64,000 nt of DNA from Eledone cirrhosa (lineage: Eukaryota): assembly GCA_964016885.1 (NCBI GenBank), contig OZ024741.1:306962001-307026000 (forward strand), given 5' to 3'. The notes below the pieces were generated by a model. The model was not told the DNA's origin. It saw nothing but the letters and a program-made list of their open reading frames with translations, and made no database searches. The translations under genes were made by a program, and so were the position numbers. Shown in pieces: positions 11,093 to 28,540 of this stretch (its first letter is position 1; each line of letters opens with the position of its first letter).

Positions 11093-12432
11093 ACAGGGAG
11101 AAAAAGAGATTATTAGGAAGAAACATTTTTTTTCCCTTCTCTCTTTTTTCTGGGTTAGAAAATGATTAAAACGAAATATTTTACTTTGTGTGAAGTGTTA
11201 AGGTATTAGTTGATTTATTTATTATTTAACAATGGCATTTATTTATCTATTTAATAATTGTCTATTACCGGTTTCAGCATTGTTATGCATCATCAAATGA
11301 TAGTGATATGTATTGGTATAGAATGGTGGTGTTGCACATATTAAAGAAATGGTGCAGAAAGAATAATGTTATTTACAAACAAGGTTTATGAAATTAAAAG
11401 AAAAAAGAACAAAAGGGGCGTAATGTGTAGCGTAAAAAGTCAATGTGAAAGAAAAAATAATGTTATTTACAGGCATAGTTCTTGAAGTTAAGCAGTTCAA
11501 AATGTGTTAATATAGCAAGGGTGCTTAGTTGATCCTTGATGGAGGCAAATGGTGGACTGGGGTTTGATTTGATTTCCCTTTTTAGAGAGTTAATATGCAG
11601 GGGGAGGCAATTCATGCTGGATGATATTTAATTTATTTAAGAAAAATAATTAGGTAGGGTGTGAGGGAGATAACTCTTGTAAATGTTTGATTGTTTGTTC
11701 CAGTTTTAGTTTGGTCCGAAGTTTAGTGCATTAAGTAGAGGTTGGAATTTGTTAATGAAATATGTTTCCTTATTGGTACGATGGATGAAAGTAGCGTTGT
11801 CTATGAATTAGTAAATGGGGAAAATTTTAAAGTTTGGATGTTGGTTGGGTGCACAATTGGCGTTATGTTCACTAAATGCAATCTTTCTGTATTCCTGTAT
11901 TTTGATTTGGGATTTATGGACGGTCATATGTTGTCGGAGACTGTCTTTTGTCTGTCCTATGTAGTGCTCTTGACAATCTGAGAAGGTCAAAACATAGATT
12001 AGGTTTTCAGATGCACATGTAAAGTTGTGTGTAACTGTGAAATGTTGTCCTTGTTTAAAATGGAATGTTGACCCTTCTATTATATTTATGCATATGCCAC
12101 ACTTGGGCCTTCCGCAATTTGTTACTGTAGGATTCATTGTGAGGGTTTGTTGGATTTTGGCTTGTGTGAGGATGTTTTTCATTGATTTAGGTTGTCTTTT
12201 GCTCTTTATGATGTTGTGAGTTTGGAGGATTTTGTTCATTCTTGGGTCTCTTTTTAGTAAAGGAATGTTCTGGAGGATTGTGTCAAATGCCCCATTGTTG
12301 AGGGGGTTGTGTGTGGAGATGTATGGTAAAGTTTTCTGTTGCGGTTCATTCCTGGGTCTGGGGTGTCTGAGTTCCTGGATGTCGAGTTTTACGGCACGTT
12401 GGAATCAATTGTTGATTAGGGATGGTGGGTAG
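11088..12432 (-). mobile_element. PLE 3' part, Neptune-like: Cys linker, GIY-YIG endonuclease and 3' UTR with a degenerate HHR at ~11262-11300
   Basis: CGRPKCGIC linker, NLIYVL..CQEHYIGQT..LRQHMTVH..SEH (GIY-YIG with CCHH-type residues). Confidence 0.85.
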
Positions 12433-12433
12433 T

Positions 12434-12516
<83 letters not shown>

Positions 12517-12734
12517 TAAGTTAAAAATGTACATCCACATATGTATACTGAAATACTAGTATGCATATGAATACACACACGTATACATATGTAGATGTAC
12601 CGAGTTTTTCACTGGTCACTTTACTGTGAGTGTCCAGCTATTCTGTATGTAAACACACAGACAAACCGGTTTTTGGAGTCATACTGGTTTTTGAGGAAAC
12701 ACCTTTCCTCTATTCTCCAGAAAGCCAGACAAGG

Positions 12735-12779
12735 AATATTGAACTAGTTTCGTTGTTGTTACAACTCATCAGCAATATT
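12735..12779 (-). ncRNA. Intact minimal hammerhead, family 5
   Basis: Reverse complement: AAUAUUG CUGAUGA GUUGU AACA ACAAC GAAA CUAG UU CAAUAUU. Confidence 0.93.
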
Positions 12780-12920
12780 GACCTATCTTCCGGCCTTTCT
12801 AGAGAATCGTAAAAGCACATATCGTTATATGCTTTTTCTATGAAAATTAGTAGTGGGCAGACTAATTTGCATAGAGCGTGAGTACGTACCGGTTCAACGG
12901 AGACGATAAAAACAAATAAC

Positions 12921-13100
12921 TGTTTCTACTTTTTGGCACAAGGCCAGCAATTACCCAGTGCATTACTGGTACTTTATTTTATCGACCCCATAAGGATGAA
13001 AGGCAAAGTCAACCTCAGCGAGATTTGAACTCAGATCGTAAAGGGACGTAACTACGCTGGAAAGCATGTCCGACCCTTTACCGATACTGCCAATTCACCG
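12921..13100 (-). mobile_element. tRNA-derived SINE (Meta-like core) inserted into family 5, with 8-bp TSD CAAATAAC
   Basis: B box GAGTTCAAATC and core GACTTTGCCTTTCATCC. TSD at 12913-12920 and 13101-13108. The empty site is visible in the copy near 13480. Confidence 0.9.
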
Positions 13101-13528
13101 CAAATAACGAAACGAAATTAAATTTCGTTTCGTTTGTAACTCACTTTTGTATGACTGACGCTTAAACAATTAAGTTAAAAATGTACATCCACATATGTAT
13201 ACTGAAATACTAGTATGCATATGAATACACACACGTATCCTCAAAAACCAGTATGACTCTAAAAACCGGTTTGTCTGTGTGTTTACATACAGAATAGCTG
13301 GACACTCACAGTAAAGTGACCAGTGAAAAACTCGGTACATCTACATATGTATACGTGTGTGTATTCATATGCATACTAGTATTTCAGTATACATATGTGG
13401 ATGTACATTTTTAACTTAATTGTTTAAGCGTCAGTCATACAAAAGTGAGTTACAAACGAAACGAAATTTAATTTCGTTTCGTTATTTGTTTTTATCGTCT
13501 CCGTTGAACCGGTACGTACTCACGCTCT

Positions 13529-13536
13529 ATGCAAAT
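13529..13536 (+). promoter_or_regulatory. Octamer ATGCAAAT about 85-90 nt upstream of the family 4/5 HHR (also at 19135 on +, and on the minus strand in the array units)
   Basis: Block ACTCA.....TATGCAAATTAG.CTGC.CA is conserved between the otherwise divergent families 4 and 5. Function is inferred. Confidence 0.5.
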
Positions 13537-13621
13537 TAGTCTGCCCACTACTAATTTTCATAGAAAAAGCATATAACGATATGTGCTTTTACGATTCTCT
13601 AGAAAGGCCGGAAGATAGGTA

Positions 13622-13666
13622 AATATTGCTGATGAGTTGTAAGAACAACGAAACTAGTTCAATATT
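13622..13666 (+). ncRNA. Intact minimal hammerhead, family 5
   Basis: AATATTG CTGATGA GTTGT AAGA ACAAC GAAA CTAG TT CAATATT. Confidence 0.93.
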
Positions 13667-13953
13667 CCTTGTCTGGCTTTCTGGAGAATAGAGGAAAGGT
13701 GTTTCCTCAAAAACCAGTATGACTCTAAAAACCGGTTTGTCTGTGTGTTTACATACAGAATAGCTGGACACTCACAGTAAAGTGACCAGTGAAAAACTCG
13801 GTACATCTACATATGTATACGTGTGTGTATTCATATGCATACTAGTATTTCAGTATACATATGTGTATGTACATTTTTAACTTAATTGTTTAAGCGTCAG
13901 TCATACAAAAGTGAGTTACAAACGAAACGAAATTTAATTTCGTTTCGTTATTT

Positions 13954-14296
<343 letters not shown>

Positions 14297-14310
14297 ATAT
14301 ATATATATAT

Positions 14311-14546
14311 AGGAAGGTCGATCGACTTTCGTCAAATCGGACCGTGGAAACAATCTTTCCGTTGGTCTTTCCAGTTGTTAATACTATCTATCGGTCGCAA
14401 CTCCAGGTAGAAGGAGCAACGTGAAATAAAGTGCCTTGCTCAAGAACATAACACACCACCCGGTCCAGGAATCGAACTGAGTGATGTGATATGTCATTGA
14501 GCAAGGCACTTTATTTCACGTTGCTCCTTCTACCTGGAGTTGCGAC
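14311..14546. mobile_element. CORE-like SINE fragment with an inverted duplication (14394-14445 and 14495-14546)
   Basis: TTGAGCAAGGCACTTTATTTCACGTTGCTCC occurs in both orientations. B box remnant GGAATCGAACT (antisense). Confidence 0.75.
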
Positions 14547-14887
14547 ATATATATATATATATGTGTGTATAAATATATATATATATATACATACATATAT
14601 ACATATATATATGTATACATATATATATATATATACATATATATATACATATATATATATATGCATATATATATATATATGTACAAATATATATATATAC
14701 ATATACAATACATAAACAGAGAAAGCCTTAAGCTATACTCCGACGAACTCCATCTCACTCAACAAAAATTAGGATATACCTAAGTATTATCCCAATTTAG
14801 TGTTTGGAGTACTAACTAATCAGTATTTAGTGGATAGCTGGTTGTATTATTTCATATGAGACATTATTAAATAAATATCTCTTTCCT

Positions 14888-15011
14888 TCCAGACGGCCGT
14901 TTCGTTATAAGATTTCTACAATTTGGGATAAATAATTTCCAGGTTATGTAGAAACTTGTATATAATCCATAGTTTTATACAGAAGCGGGCTCTTATAAAC
15001 TCATCAGTGGA
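14888..15011 (-). ncRNA. Hammerhead with extended stem II, in a pseudo-LTR-like element at ~14705-15400
   Basis: Reverse complement: UCCA CUGAUGA GUUUAUAAGA...UCUUAUAAC GAAA CGGCCG UC UGGA. Confidence 0.8.
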
Positions 15012-15397
15012 TGCCCAAATAATATCGATATAAGAAATATATCGACAATAATAGAATGGTGATGGTCTCCCTCAGTTCTAAGAAGAGACTGGTAGATTAG
15101 AAAATCCAGCAGTCCTCTCAAAGATAAAATACACGCTGTCCCAAAAAGGGTCAAGGGAGGTCACCTTAAAATAAAACAATATACACCCTGGTCATTTAAA
15201 CCTGTTAGGTATTAACCACGTGTATAAGAACTCAATTGGATATTAAAAGAATAACCATATGTATACACAACCAATGCACACACAGAGATGTTAAAACATA
15301 ATAAATACATGTATGGATCACCCATATACACACATAGCCATTCTCTAAGGCTAAATCAGACATGGGATACAAGGAAGATCAATCAGTATTTCATATA

Positions 15398-15481
<84 letters not shown>

Positions 15482-15484
15482 CAT

Positions 15485-15558
<74 letters not shown>

Positions 15559-15581
15559 TATATATTTATATATATATATAT

Positions 15582-17864
15582 ATAAATTAATAAAAATAAT
15601 GGATAAAAACAAAGAAACAGTTCCTTATATTAAAAAATAAATCATTTTACGATCGTTTCTAGGATATATATGTTTGTGTTGGTATGTATATCATATAGAT
15701 CTATGTAAAATTTTTACAAACTATCAGAGGGAATATACATACCTACACATATATATGCTCTCTTCAGAAATAATGATATTTGTTTATTGAAAAAACCAAC
15801 AAAGATTTAATATAATAGGTCTGTTTGGGAACAGGTTTTGAATTGACCAATAGAAAGGTGGTAAGTGGTCAAGATGGTAGAATAGTAGTAATAGAACTTT
15901 AATTTGGGGGTAGAGGAAAGCAGATTTCATTTTTGAATGGAAAGAGTATGATGAATGAAAAGATTATTTTAGGGATGAAAATAGGTCAAGTCGGTAAAAG
16001 GTACACGAAAAATTGATGTTATAAAAGAATAATGCTAATATAAATATCTAAGGAGAATAAAATTTTACGATAAATGTGTTAGTGAAAAATATCAATCTTA
16101 TTTAAAATATAGGGAATTTACATCGATAAAAAGAAAATAAATTAATTAAATTGATAGGTATATTTATATTGATAAATTTATATTAATTCATATAGATATG
16201 ATAAATAAGAGTTAGATATAATTGAAGAGTGCTGTTAAAAACTAAGGGAAAATAAAAAAAAAATAATAATTATTGGGGGGGGAGGGGGTAAATTTATTAG
16301 TGAGAAATAAATTTATATAGATTATAAGGAACATAGAATCATAACCTGAAATTAAAATAGTTTATATGTATACTTATTGGTATACATTTTAGGAAAAGAT
16401 AGCTGTAAAAGGGAAATAAAATTATGCAGTTCATTAGTAGTAGAATATTAATTATAGGTTAACTAATTTTTAAAAAGTGTTATTATAATAATTTCTAAAG
16501 TGTATATTAATTAGGTTTATAATATAAGGAACTGTTTCTTTGTTTTTATTCATTATTTCTATTAATTTATCTTGACTCTGTTTTCCTATATTTTTCATCG
16601 GAAAAAAAATGTTTGAATACATCTTCTCTTTTCATGATATTCGGATTACATTGAGTTCTTCATACGGATTGGACACTACCATACAATTTGGTAGATTTAT
16701 CTACATACTTTGCTCCTAATTTTATAAATGTATTCTTATTTTTGTATATATATATATATAATTTTATAACTCCCTATATATATAGTTGAGCTCTTTTTCT
16801 TGTCCATTATCCATATCACAATGGAAAAACAATACTTGGGAACTTCTTTAAAGAATATACCAATACCTTCTAAGGATGAATTCTTCTTATGATACAAAAA
16901 AAAAACAACCAATTCATCAAAAGGGTCAGATGGAGGGCCTACCACTTCGATAAAAAAACAAAATGTACTGATAAGAAATATTTATATGATTTCACTACAT
17001 ATAAAAACCCACCATACAACTCCTTACTTTGAGAAAGACCTTTTTAACTTAATCAAACACCTCAAATTTAAGAAGTATAAATCTAATTTTCAAAAGGATC
17101 TTGATTCTACCCACTCTGACAAAACTGGAAATCTGTATCACATGGATATTGATAATTACAATGAGTTCATATATAAAGAACTCAGGAAAAATTATAAAAA
17201 AACAAACAATGCGTCACTTACCAACATCAACAACAAAACACACAACATAGTAAATAAACTCAATATTGAAAATAGAACTGAACCTTTGGCACTGAAAAAA
17301 CCACATTTTAACCTGAAAGATCACAAATCTTACTTTAACTCTAATCCTTCTATAAGGCTTATATGCCCTTCCAAATCTGATATTGGCATCATTAGTAAAC
17401 ATTTTTTAGATAGAGTCATCCCACAATTAAGAAAACATGTTAATTTACCACTCTGGGAAAACACATCCCAGGTAATTAACTGGTTTACTAATATTAGAAA
17501 TAAATCTTCTGCTTCATTTCTACAATTCAATATAGATACTTATTATTCCTCTATATCACCTATACTCCTGAACAAAGCCTTGATATTTGCCAAAAATAGA
17601 TCAAACTTAACTATGGATGACATTAATATTATCACACATGCTAGACAAACACTACTGCAATTTCAAAAAGAATACTGGACCAGAAATACATATAGTAATC
17701 TATTCGACATTACTATGGGCTCAAGTGATTCTGCCCAAATTACCGAGCTTGTGGGCCTCTTTCTTCTATTTAACATAAATGCTTCTTTTCCCCACCTTAA
17801 AGGTGGTTTATATCGTGACGACTGTCTTCTTCTTTCCAATAACCTTAGCCTCTCAGTTGTATAG
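15582..17864 (+). mobile_element. PLE 5' part: inverted pseudo-LTR plus degenerate ORF (ATG at 16821), truncated after RT motif C
   Basis: MEKQYLGTSLKNIPIPS N-terminus, RLICPSKSDIG, FDITMGSSDSAQ and GLYRDD. Inverted repeat at 15582-15633 and 16520-16570. Confidence 0.9.
15641..15774 (-). ncRNA. Hammerhead with extended stem II, in the inverted pseudo-LTR upstream of the PLE ORF
   Basis: Reverse complement: AUUAUUU CUGAAGA ..AUAUAUAUGUGUAGGUAUGUAUAU...AUAUACAUACC..ACAUAUAUAU.. GAAA CGAUCG UA AAAUGAU. Confidence 0.8.
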
Positions 17865-17892
17865 GAGGTTAATTATATGTACAAACATTGAT

Positions 17893-17944
17893 AATGCTCC
17901 GATGACTCCAAACGAGAGTTTGGAAGAAACGATTGTCAGCTATT
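17893..17944 (+). ncRNA. Hammerhead with U4C core, family 3
   Basis: GCT CCGATGA C TCCAAAC GAGA GTTTGGA A GAAAC GATT GTC AGC. Confidence 0.8.
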
Positions 17945-17997
17945 AAATGATGTGAACACAACTTTGATAATTGTCTAATTTATTTATTAATTTATTT

Positions 17998-21454
<3,457 letters not shown>

Positions 21455-21492
21455 CTATATATATATATACATATATATATATATACATATAC

Positions 21493-21800
<308 letters not shown>

Positions 21801-21819
21801 CCATATATATATATATATA

Positions 21820-21998
21820 TGTGATGTGTTGGTGTAAATGGTATCACAGCGGTCCGGATAACCAAAGATGTGGGTTCGACTCCCATGTATGTCAATACTC
21901 ATCTTTTTCCATTTCTCCAAGGATTCTTAACCCCACTATCAAGCTAAATAATTTCTTTAATTTCATTAGTCAAAATACGGCGATAGCTACATTTCTAA
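21820..21998 (+). mobile_element. tRNA-headed SINE-like element without a LINE-type tail, embedded in (TA)n
   Basis: A-box-like TGGTGTAAATGG and B box GGTTCGACTCC. The body is homologous to the palindrome at 50218-50396. Confidence 0.65.
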
Positions 21999-22045
21999 TA
22001 ATATATATATATATATGCATACATATATATATATATATATATATG

Positions 22046-22125
<80 letters not shown>

Positions 22126-22173
22126 TACATATATATATACATATATATATATGCATACATATATATATATATA

Positions 22174-23641
22174 CGGTAATCTGGTGGGCTCTTAGAAAAC
22201 TAGGTGTAGATGAATGGCTTGTGAAAGCTGTACAAGCCATGTATAGGGGAGCAGTCAGCAAAGTTAGGATTAGCAATGAGTATAGCGAGGAATTTAGCGT
22301 AAAGTTGGTGTCCACCAGGGCTCTGTTCTTAGCCCTCTCCTGTTCATCATAGTCCTGCAGGCAATAACGGAGGAGTTTAAGACCAGATGCCCATGGGAAC
22401 TCCTGTATATGGGAACTCGCACTTATAGCTGAATCTATGGTAGAACTAGAGAAGAAATTCCAAACTTGGAAGCAGGGACTAGAAAGAAAGGGTCTCAAAG
22501 TCAACATGACAAAGACTAAGGTCCTTATAAGTAGACGAGAAAACAGAACCCAGATCCCCGCAGGGAAATGGCCTTGCTCAGTTTGTAGGAAAAGTGTAGG
22601 ATAGGAACTCCATTCTCTGCCCTAAATGCAAACAATGGGTACGCAAGAGATGTAGCGAGATCTCAGGAAGCTTAATTAAGAATGTAGGCTTCACATGCAG
22701 CAGCTGTGCTGGGACAGAAAGCAGCAAACAGCTACATGAAACAAGTACCACCAATCTCTGGGAGGGCTCTGTAGAAACAGTAGAGAGCTTCTGTTAACTA
22801 GGTGACCGAATTAGCAGCGGGGTGGGTGTTCAGAAAGTACAATAACTAGGGGAAGAACGGGATGGAAGAAGTTCAGGGAACTACTGCCACTGCTAGCTGC
22901 AAAAGGCTTCTCCCTCAAAATGAAAGTCAGACTGTATGATGCGTGTATCCGAACAGCAATGTTACATGATAGTGAGACCTGGGCGTTGAAGGTGAAAGAC
23001 TTACGTAGATTAAAAAGAAACGAAGCCTGCATGCTCCGATGGATGTATAATAGTAATATACGCGAACGACAAAGCATAAATGAATTGAGAGAGAGACTGA
23101 GCATAAGAGGAATCAAATGCTGTGTGCAGGAGAGGCGGTTGCGTTGGTATGGACATGTGATGCGTATGAAGGATGACAGCTGCATAAAAAGGTGCAGAGC
23201 ACTAGAAGTCAATGGAAACCGCGGAGTGGGGAGACCCAAGAAGACCTGGGATGAAAAGATAAAAGCCGACCTTACCCAATTACACCTCTCAAAGGCGATG
23301 ACACACGACCGTGACCTCTGGCGTCACACAGTAATACAGGGTACCCAACCTCCAAAGGGTACAAGCTGAAGCATATAGACAATATGCCCCCACACCCTCC
23401 CACTGCAAGGTGGTCGTGGAGGTGCCACGGCAAAAAAAGCACCCAGCCCACACTGTAAAGTGGACGTGTAGGCGCCACGGAAAAAGCACCCAGCACTCAC
23501 TGAAAATGAGGTTGGTGTTAGGAAGGGCATCCAGTTCCTGTATGAGCAAGGCATGGTCAGCTGACCTGTCACTGCTCACAACAGGACAACCCGTCTAACC
23601 CATGCTAGCATGGAAGAATGGACGTAAAACGGTGATGATGA
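22174..23641 (+). mobile_element. Degenerate RTE LINE (RT to (GAT)n tail)
   Basis: [11 protein letters not shown], decayed PHD-like insert, RRLRWYGHV, and a 3' UTR with GGTGCC..GCACC subrepeats. Confidence 0.92.
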
Positions 23642-23778
23642 TATATACAGTTCTAGTCCTGTAGAATCTCATCTATATTAAAACTTTTATACTCTGCTAT
23701 GTATTGAGTACCTTATTTACTGTGGTTACCTCCGTTTCAACCCAGAATAACGTATATAAATATATATATATATATATA

Positions 23779-23920
<142 letters not shown>

Positions 23921-23949
23921 TATATATATATGCATATCTATATATGCAT

Positions 23950-23989
<40 letters not shown>

Positions 23990-23999
23990 TATCTATATA

Positions 24000-24080
<81 letters not shown>

Positions 24081-24099
24081 GCATATATATATATATATA

Positions 24100-25377
24100 T
24101 ATTAATTCAAAATATTAACAAAATTGATATTCTTGTGATCAATTATACTTTATTATACATATTTCAGAGGTACTGAATTAAGTTCAACAGTACGTCCTCA
24201 TCAGATAAAATAAAATGATACATGACATACCCTGACATGGTAGATGGTTAAGATTTAATCAAGGTATTGATTAACTTATGACAAAACTCAATATGTATAC
24301 CCTGATATTGAGAACATGAGAAAACATAATACAAACAATAGAGAGAGTGTGAATAATATATTTTAAGAAATACATGGCATCAATATAACAGTTATAGAAT
24401 TTATAATTTTTAAAAACTACTAGAGAAAGAGGAGGGAAAGGAAAGCATAGAGGAAGAAACAGCTGATGTGATAACTTATTTAGTATTTAGCTTGAGAAGA
24501 CAGATGAAAGATGATTAAAGAGAGAGAGAAACAAAGGGGAGTAATTTATGCTCAAGTTTCTACACACACAGATTCTTATATAGTATAGTTGGCGGTTAAT
24601 TTTCAAAATATTTAATTTATGTTATTTCAGGGTAAAGAATCAAATTTTAGGTTTTAAAAGTTAATAGGTATTTGTATTAATATTATAATATAATTATGTC
24701 AAATTTCTAAAATTCAAATTTTATGAAAACAAATTTAAAGGATTTACGAAACCCGAGAAAGAAAGAAAATATATATATATAATGTTTTATATCCCCACGA
24801 AGGTAATCTTTACCAAAATTACTTATAATATTGACAACAGTTTCTATAATATAATTTATAAGATATTTATAGTTATAACTATTTAAATAGTTTGAGTGCC
24901 TAAAGTATCAACCGGCCTTATAATTAAACTTCAAGAAGTCAGAATTTTCCACTATATATATGTATTGATCACAATATACCAAGATTATAGTTTATTATTT
25001 GTTCATATATTGTATTAAGTAAATGATTATATAAATTCGACCTTCCAGGGAAAACCAAACACTTATAATAATACATAATGTCATTTGAGTGTTTAAATTA
25101 TTTATAAATGTAACTACGATTATGCTATTACACTAGATAAAGATATTTGTACAAACTATATATAGATATAATTATAGGTATTAATGAAACGGTATACATT
25201 TAATAAAGAATAATAATTATAATCATTGTTAGTAATGCTATAATTGTAGTTTTACCTCCAGTTCAGTGGAGAGATAGACCAATATTTGTCAGCTATTATG
25301 GTTTGTTAAATATACATAAAAAAAAAACAAAGTGCAAATCCAACTTTCTGAGTCCCCCAAAACCATCTCAAAATGAG

Positions 25378-25459
<82 letters not shown>

Positions 25460-28185
25460 AATATGCAAACGTATGAATGATCCATAGTTCAAATTATAAT
25501 CAGTGAATTTACAAATTAGATATCTAAACTATATATTTAAAACAGACAGAAAAATAATAAAGATCTGAATCAAAGTTAGAAATATCCAAAAAATCATAGG
25601 GTATGCATATCCATCACGTAAACAAACTATCAAACAAGTGTCATTCATTCGAACATTAATTCCATTATAAATGATTAGAAGATAAAGCATTATTAAAGTT
25701 TTATAAACTGTTATGACCTATATGTTCAACAGTTGATGATAGACGTCGAAAATCAGGCTTGATTGCTTACTCTTTTCTCCTGACTTTTTGGGAGGCTTGG
25801 AATGTAGACAAAGCTTTATGAAGGCAGTTTGGGAATAATTCACTTTTGTTGTTAATTAAGATTTTATAATTATTAATTATTAATAGGGTCTCCTTTGTAC
25901 AGAGGCTGCAGTTAATTGATATTGAAGAGTTGATATAAACTCCACTATTACAAATCTTCGTCCAAAAGATCGAGTATTTTAAATTTTTGTCTTTTAATGA
26001 CCATATAAGCTGTGATAAAGAAGTCGAAGACTTCCTATTAGAATTCGAGAATGAGCATTTGTGATTCGCAAATCTTGATTTAAATGTTGAAGAAGTTGCT
26101 CCTATGTAGTTGTATGTGTTGTTATTTGTTTTTATACACCAAATTTCTATCCAAACAATTATTGTGCAGAGGGCAATCTGGTTTATTTCTACAATTACAT
26201 TTTGATTTATTATTATTTATATTAACACTATTATTAATATCATTATGTTGATTTTGATTTAGAATTATACTGTTTATTTTAGCGATGTATTGGGCCATAT
26301 TCATAGTTGTAGAATAAGATAATTTAATTGTGTGTCTATTAAAAATGGAATGGTATTTATGTTGACTAGGGAATGAACTATCCAAAGCTTTAAAAAATAG
26401 ATTAGCTATTGGTGTTCTTACTGCTACAGAAGCAGGGGCGGGGGGGGGGGGGGGGGCAACCATATAACTGATTTAGTTCTGGTTCTTTTCCCCGATTTAT
26501 TCACAGTACAGGTGTTTGAATTATAATTATTATAATTTATAGAATTTCGTTTATATATGCCATTATTTTTATCAGGATTAAAACTTGGATTATTATTAAC
26601 TATATATTCTATATTATTTTTATAACCTGCTTTTTTAGTGCAACATTATAATATCCTGCATTTTCATCAAATATTGATTTATTGGCAGATATTCTATTTA
26701 TGCGTTTTTGTACGCTATTTACAATTGTTTTTTTTCACTGACTTAGGGTGATTAGAGTAATAACTAACGTAATTTAAGTTTACATTGGGCTTATGGAAAG
26801 GGTAATAAAAACCAGAGTTTAAGTTAAAGGTAACATCAAGGAAATTAACTATTTTGGTATCACTTTCTACTTCTAGTTTAAGGTCGTAAATTTTAAAGAA
26901 TTCAATTATATTTTTCTTTACTCTATTTAGTTCTATATTGTTGTGTTTAACAACCATAAATAAAATATCGTCCCTATATAAACCACCGGTAATCTCCGGC
27001 AGTTTTCTATTTATCATATTTAAGATGAAAATCCCCAGAAGATCCGTGATTTTCTCTGAATCAGATGGTCTCATGGTAATGTCGAAGTTTCTATTTCTAT
27101 CTGAGCAGGTACAATACTCATTGTTGAAGTTAATAAGAGTTCTTCTAGCAGTTAATATGATATCAATTTCATCCGTAATTAGATCAGTATGTTTGTAAGC
27201 GTATGATAAAGCCTTATTTAGTAGGTTAGGCGTAATGGAAGAGTAATAGCTTGTTATGTCCATCTGGATGAATTTACGGTTTTCCTTATCATCTATATTC
27301 TTATACCATTCAATGACTTCATTTGTATCCTTCCACAAGCTCAATTTAGATCTCAATTTCAGAGTAGGTAGAATTCTATCAATAATATTTTTACTGATTA
27401 CTCCAATATCCGATTTGGATGGAGCAATCAGTCTAACTGGCAGGTATTCCTCGAAGTTTCTTTTGTGATCTTTAATATTGATCCGCGGCTGTCTAGGTAT
27501 AAGAGGCTCTGTTCTTCCTTCAATTACTAATTTGGCAATAAATTTATATGCATTATTATTGATCTGTAAGATCTTCAGCCAGGTCTTTTTTATAATTTTT
27601 TCTAAGTTCCTTTAAAATTAAGTTATTATATTCTTCTTTATTTATCCCATATAAATTGTTTGTTTTGTCCGATTTTACCAATATTTTATTAACTTTTTTT
27701 ATTTCCGTGATTTTTTCTTTTAAAGTTCTAAGGTATTGGTAACCTATATATGGGTTTTTCCTAAATTTAATTTTCTTAAGTATACCGAGCATTTCAGTTT
27801 CAAAATCCCCCAGGAGTTTGTTGTATGGAGGATTCTTTCTTGATTTAAATACAGTTTCGAAATGATTGCTGTTGGTTTTTCTTTTAGCATCTTTATTTTC
27901 GAAATGAAATGCTTGCCATCTTATTCTTCTTATAAAGGAGTTTGTTTGTTCGATAATTTTCCTCATGTATTCCTCACTAGATGGTATTGGTATATCCTTG
28001 AGGGATGTCGGGAAGGTTAAGAATTCCATAATTTATTAAATATGCAATCCATTGTATAGGAAATATTTTGTTAATATTTTGAATTAATATTAATAACTCT
28101 GGAAAATATTTATACTGTAGAGTGCTTCCAATCTATTGTAAAACTCATTCTTTGATGTATTCATTGAATCTTGTTTAACTCTTAA

Positions 28186-28187
<2 letters not shown>
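24100..28187 (-). mobile_element. Near full-length degenerate PLE with a CxCx5C linker (Hydra-like): ORF ~28029-25770, long 3' UTR, terminal pseudo-LTR, and a short inverted pseudo-LTR at the 5' end
   Basis: MEFLTFPTSLKDIPIP..RRIRWQA, GLYRDD, VNFLDV, CNCRNKPDCPL, NYIGATSSTFKSRFANH, CSLC and CLH. 24100-24123 is inverted at 28064-28088. Confidence 0.92.
24147..24211 (-). ncRNA. Minimal hammerhead at the 3' end of that PLE
   Basis: Reverse complement: AUUUUAU CUGAUGA GGACGUACUG..CAGUACCUCU GAAA UAUGUA UA AUAAAGU. Confidence 0.85.
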
Positions 28188-28269
<82 letters not shown>

Positions 28270-28293
28270 TATATATATGCATATATATATGCA

Positions 28294-28365
<72 letters not shown>

Positions 28366-28393
28366 TATATATATGCATATATATATATATGCA

Positions 28394-28509
<116 letters not shown>

Positions 28510-28540
28510 TATATATATATGCATATATATATATATGCAT

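Noticed and set aside
25770-28029. Selenocysteine-encoding Naiad-type PLE
   Set aside because: The endonuclease is C-terminal, and no pattern of in-frame UGA at Cys positions was noticed.
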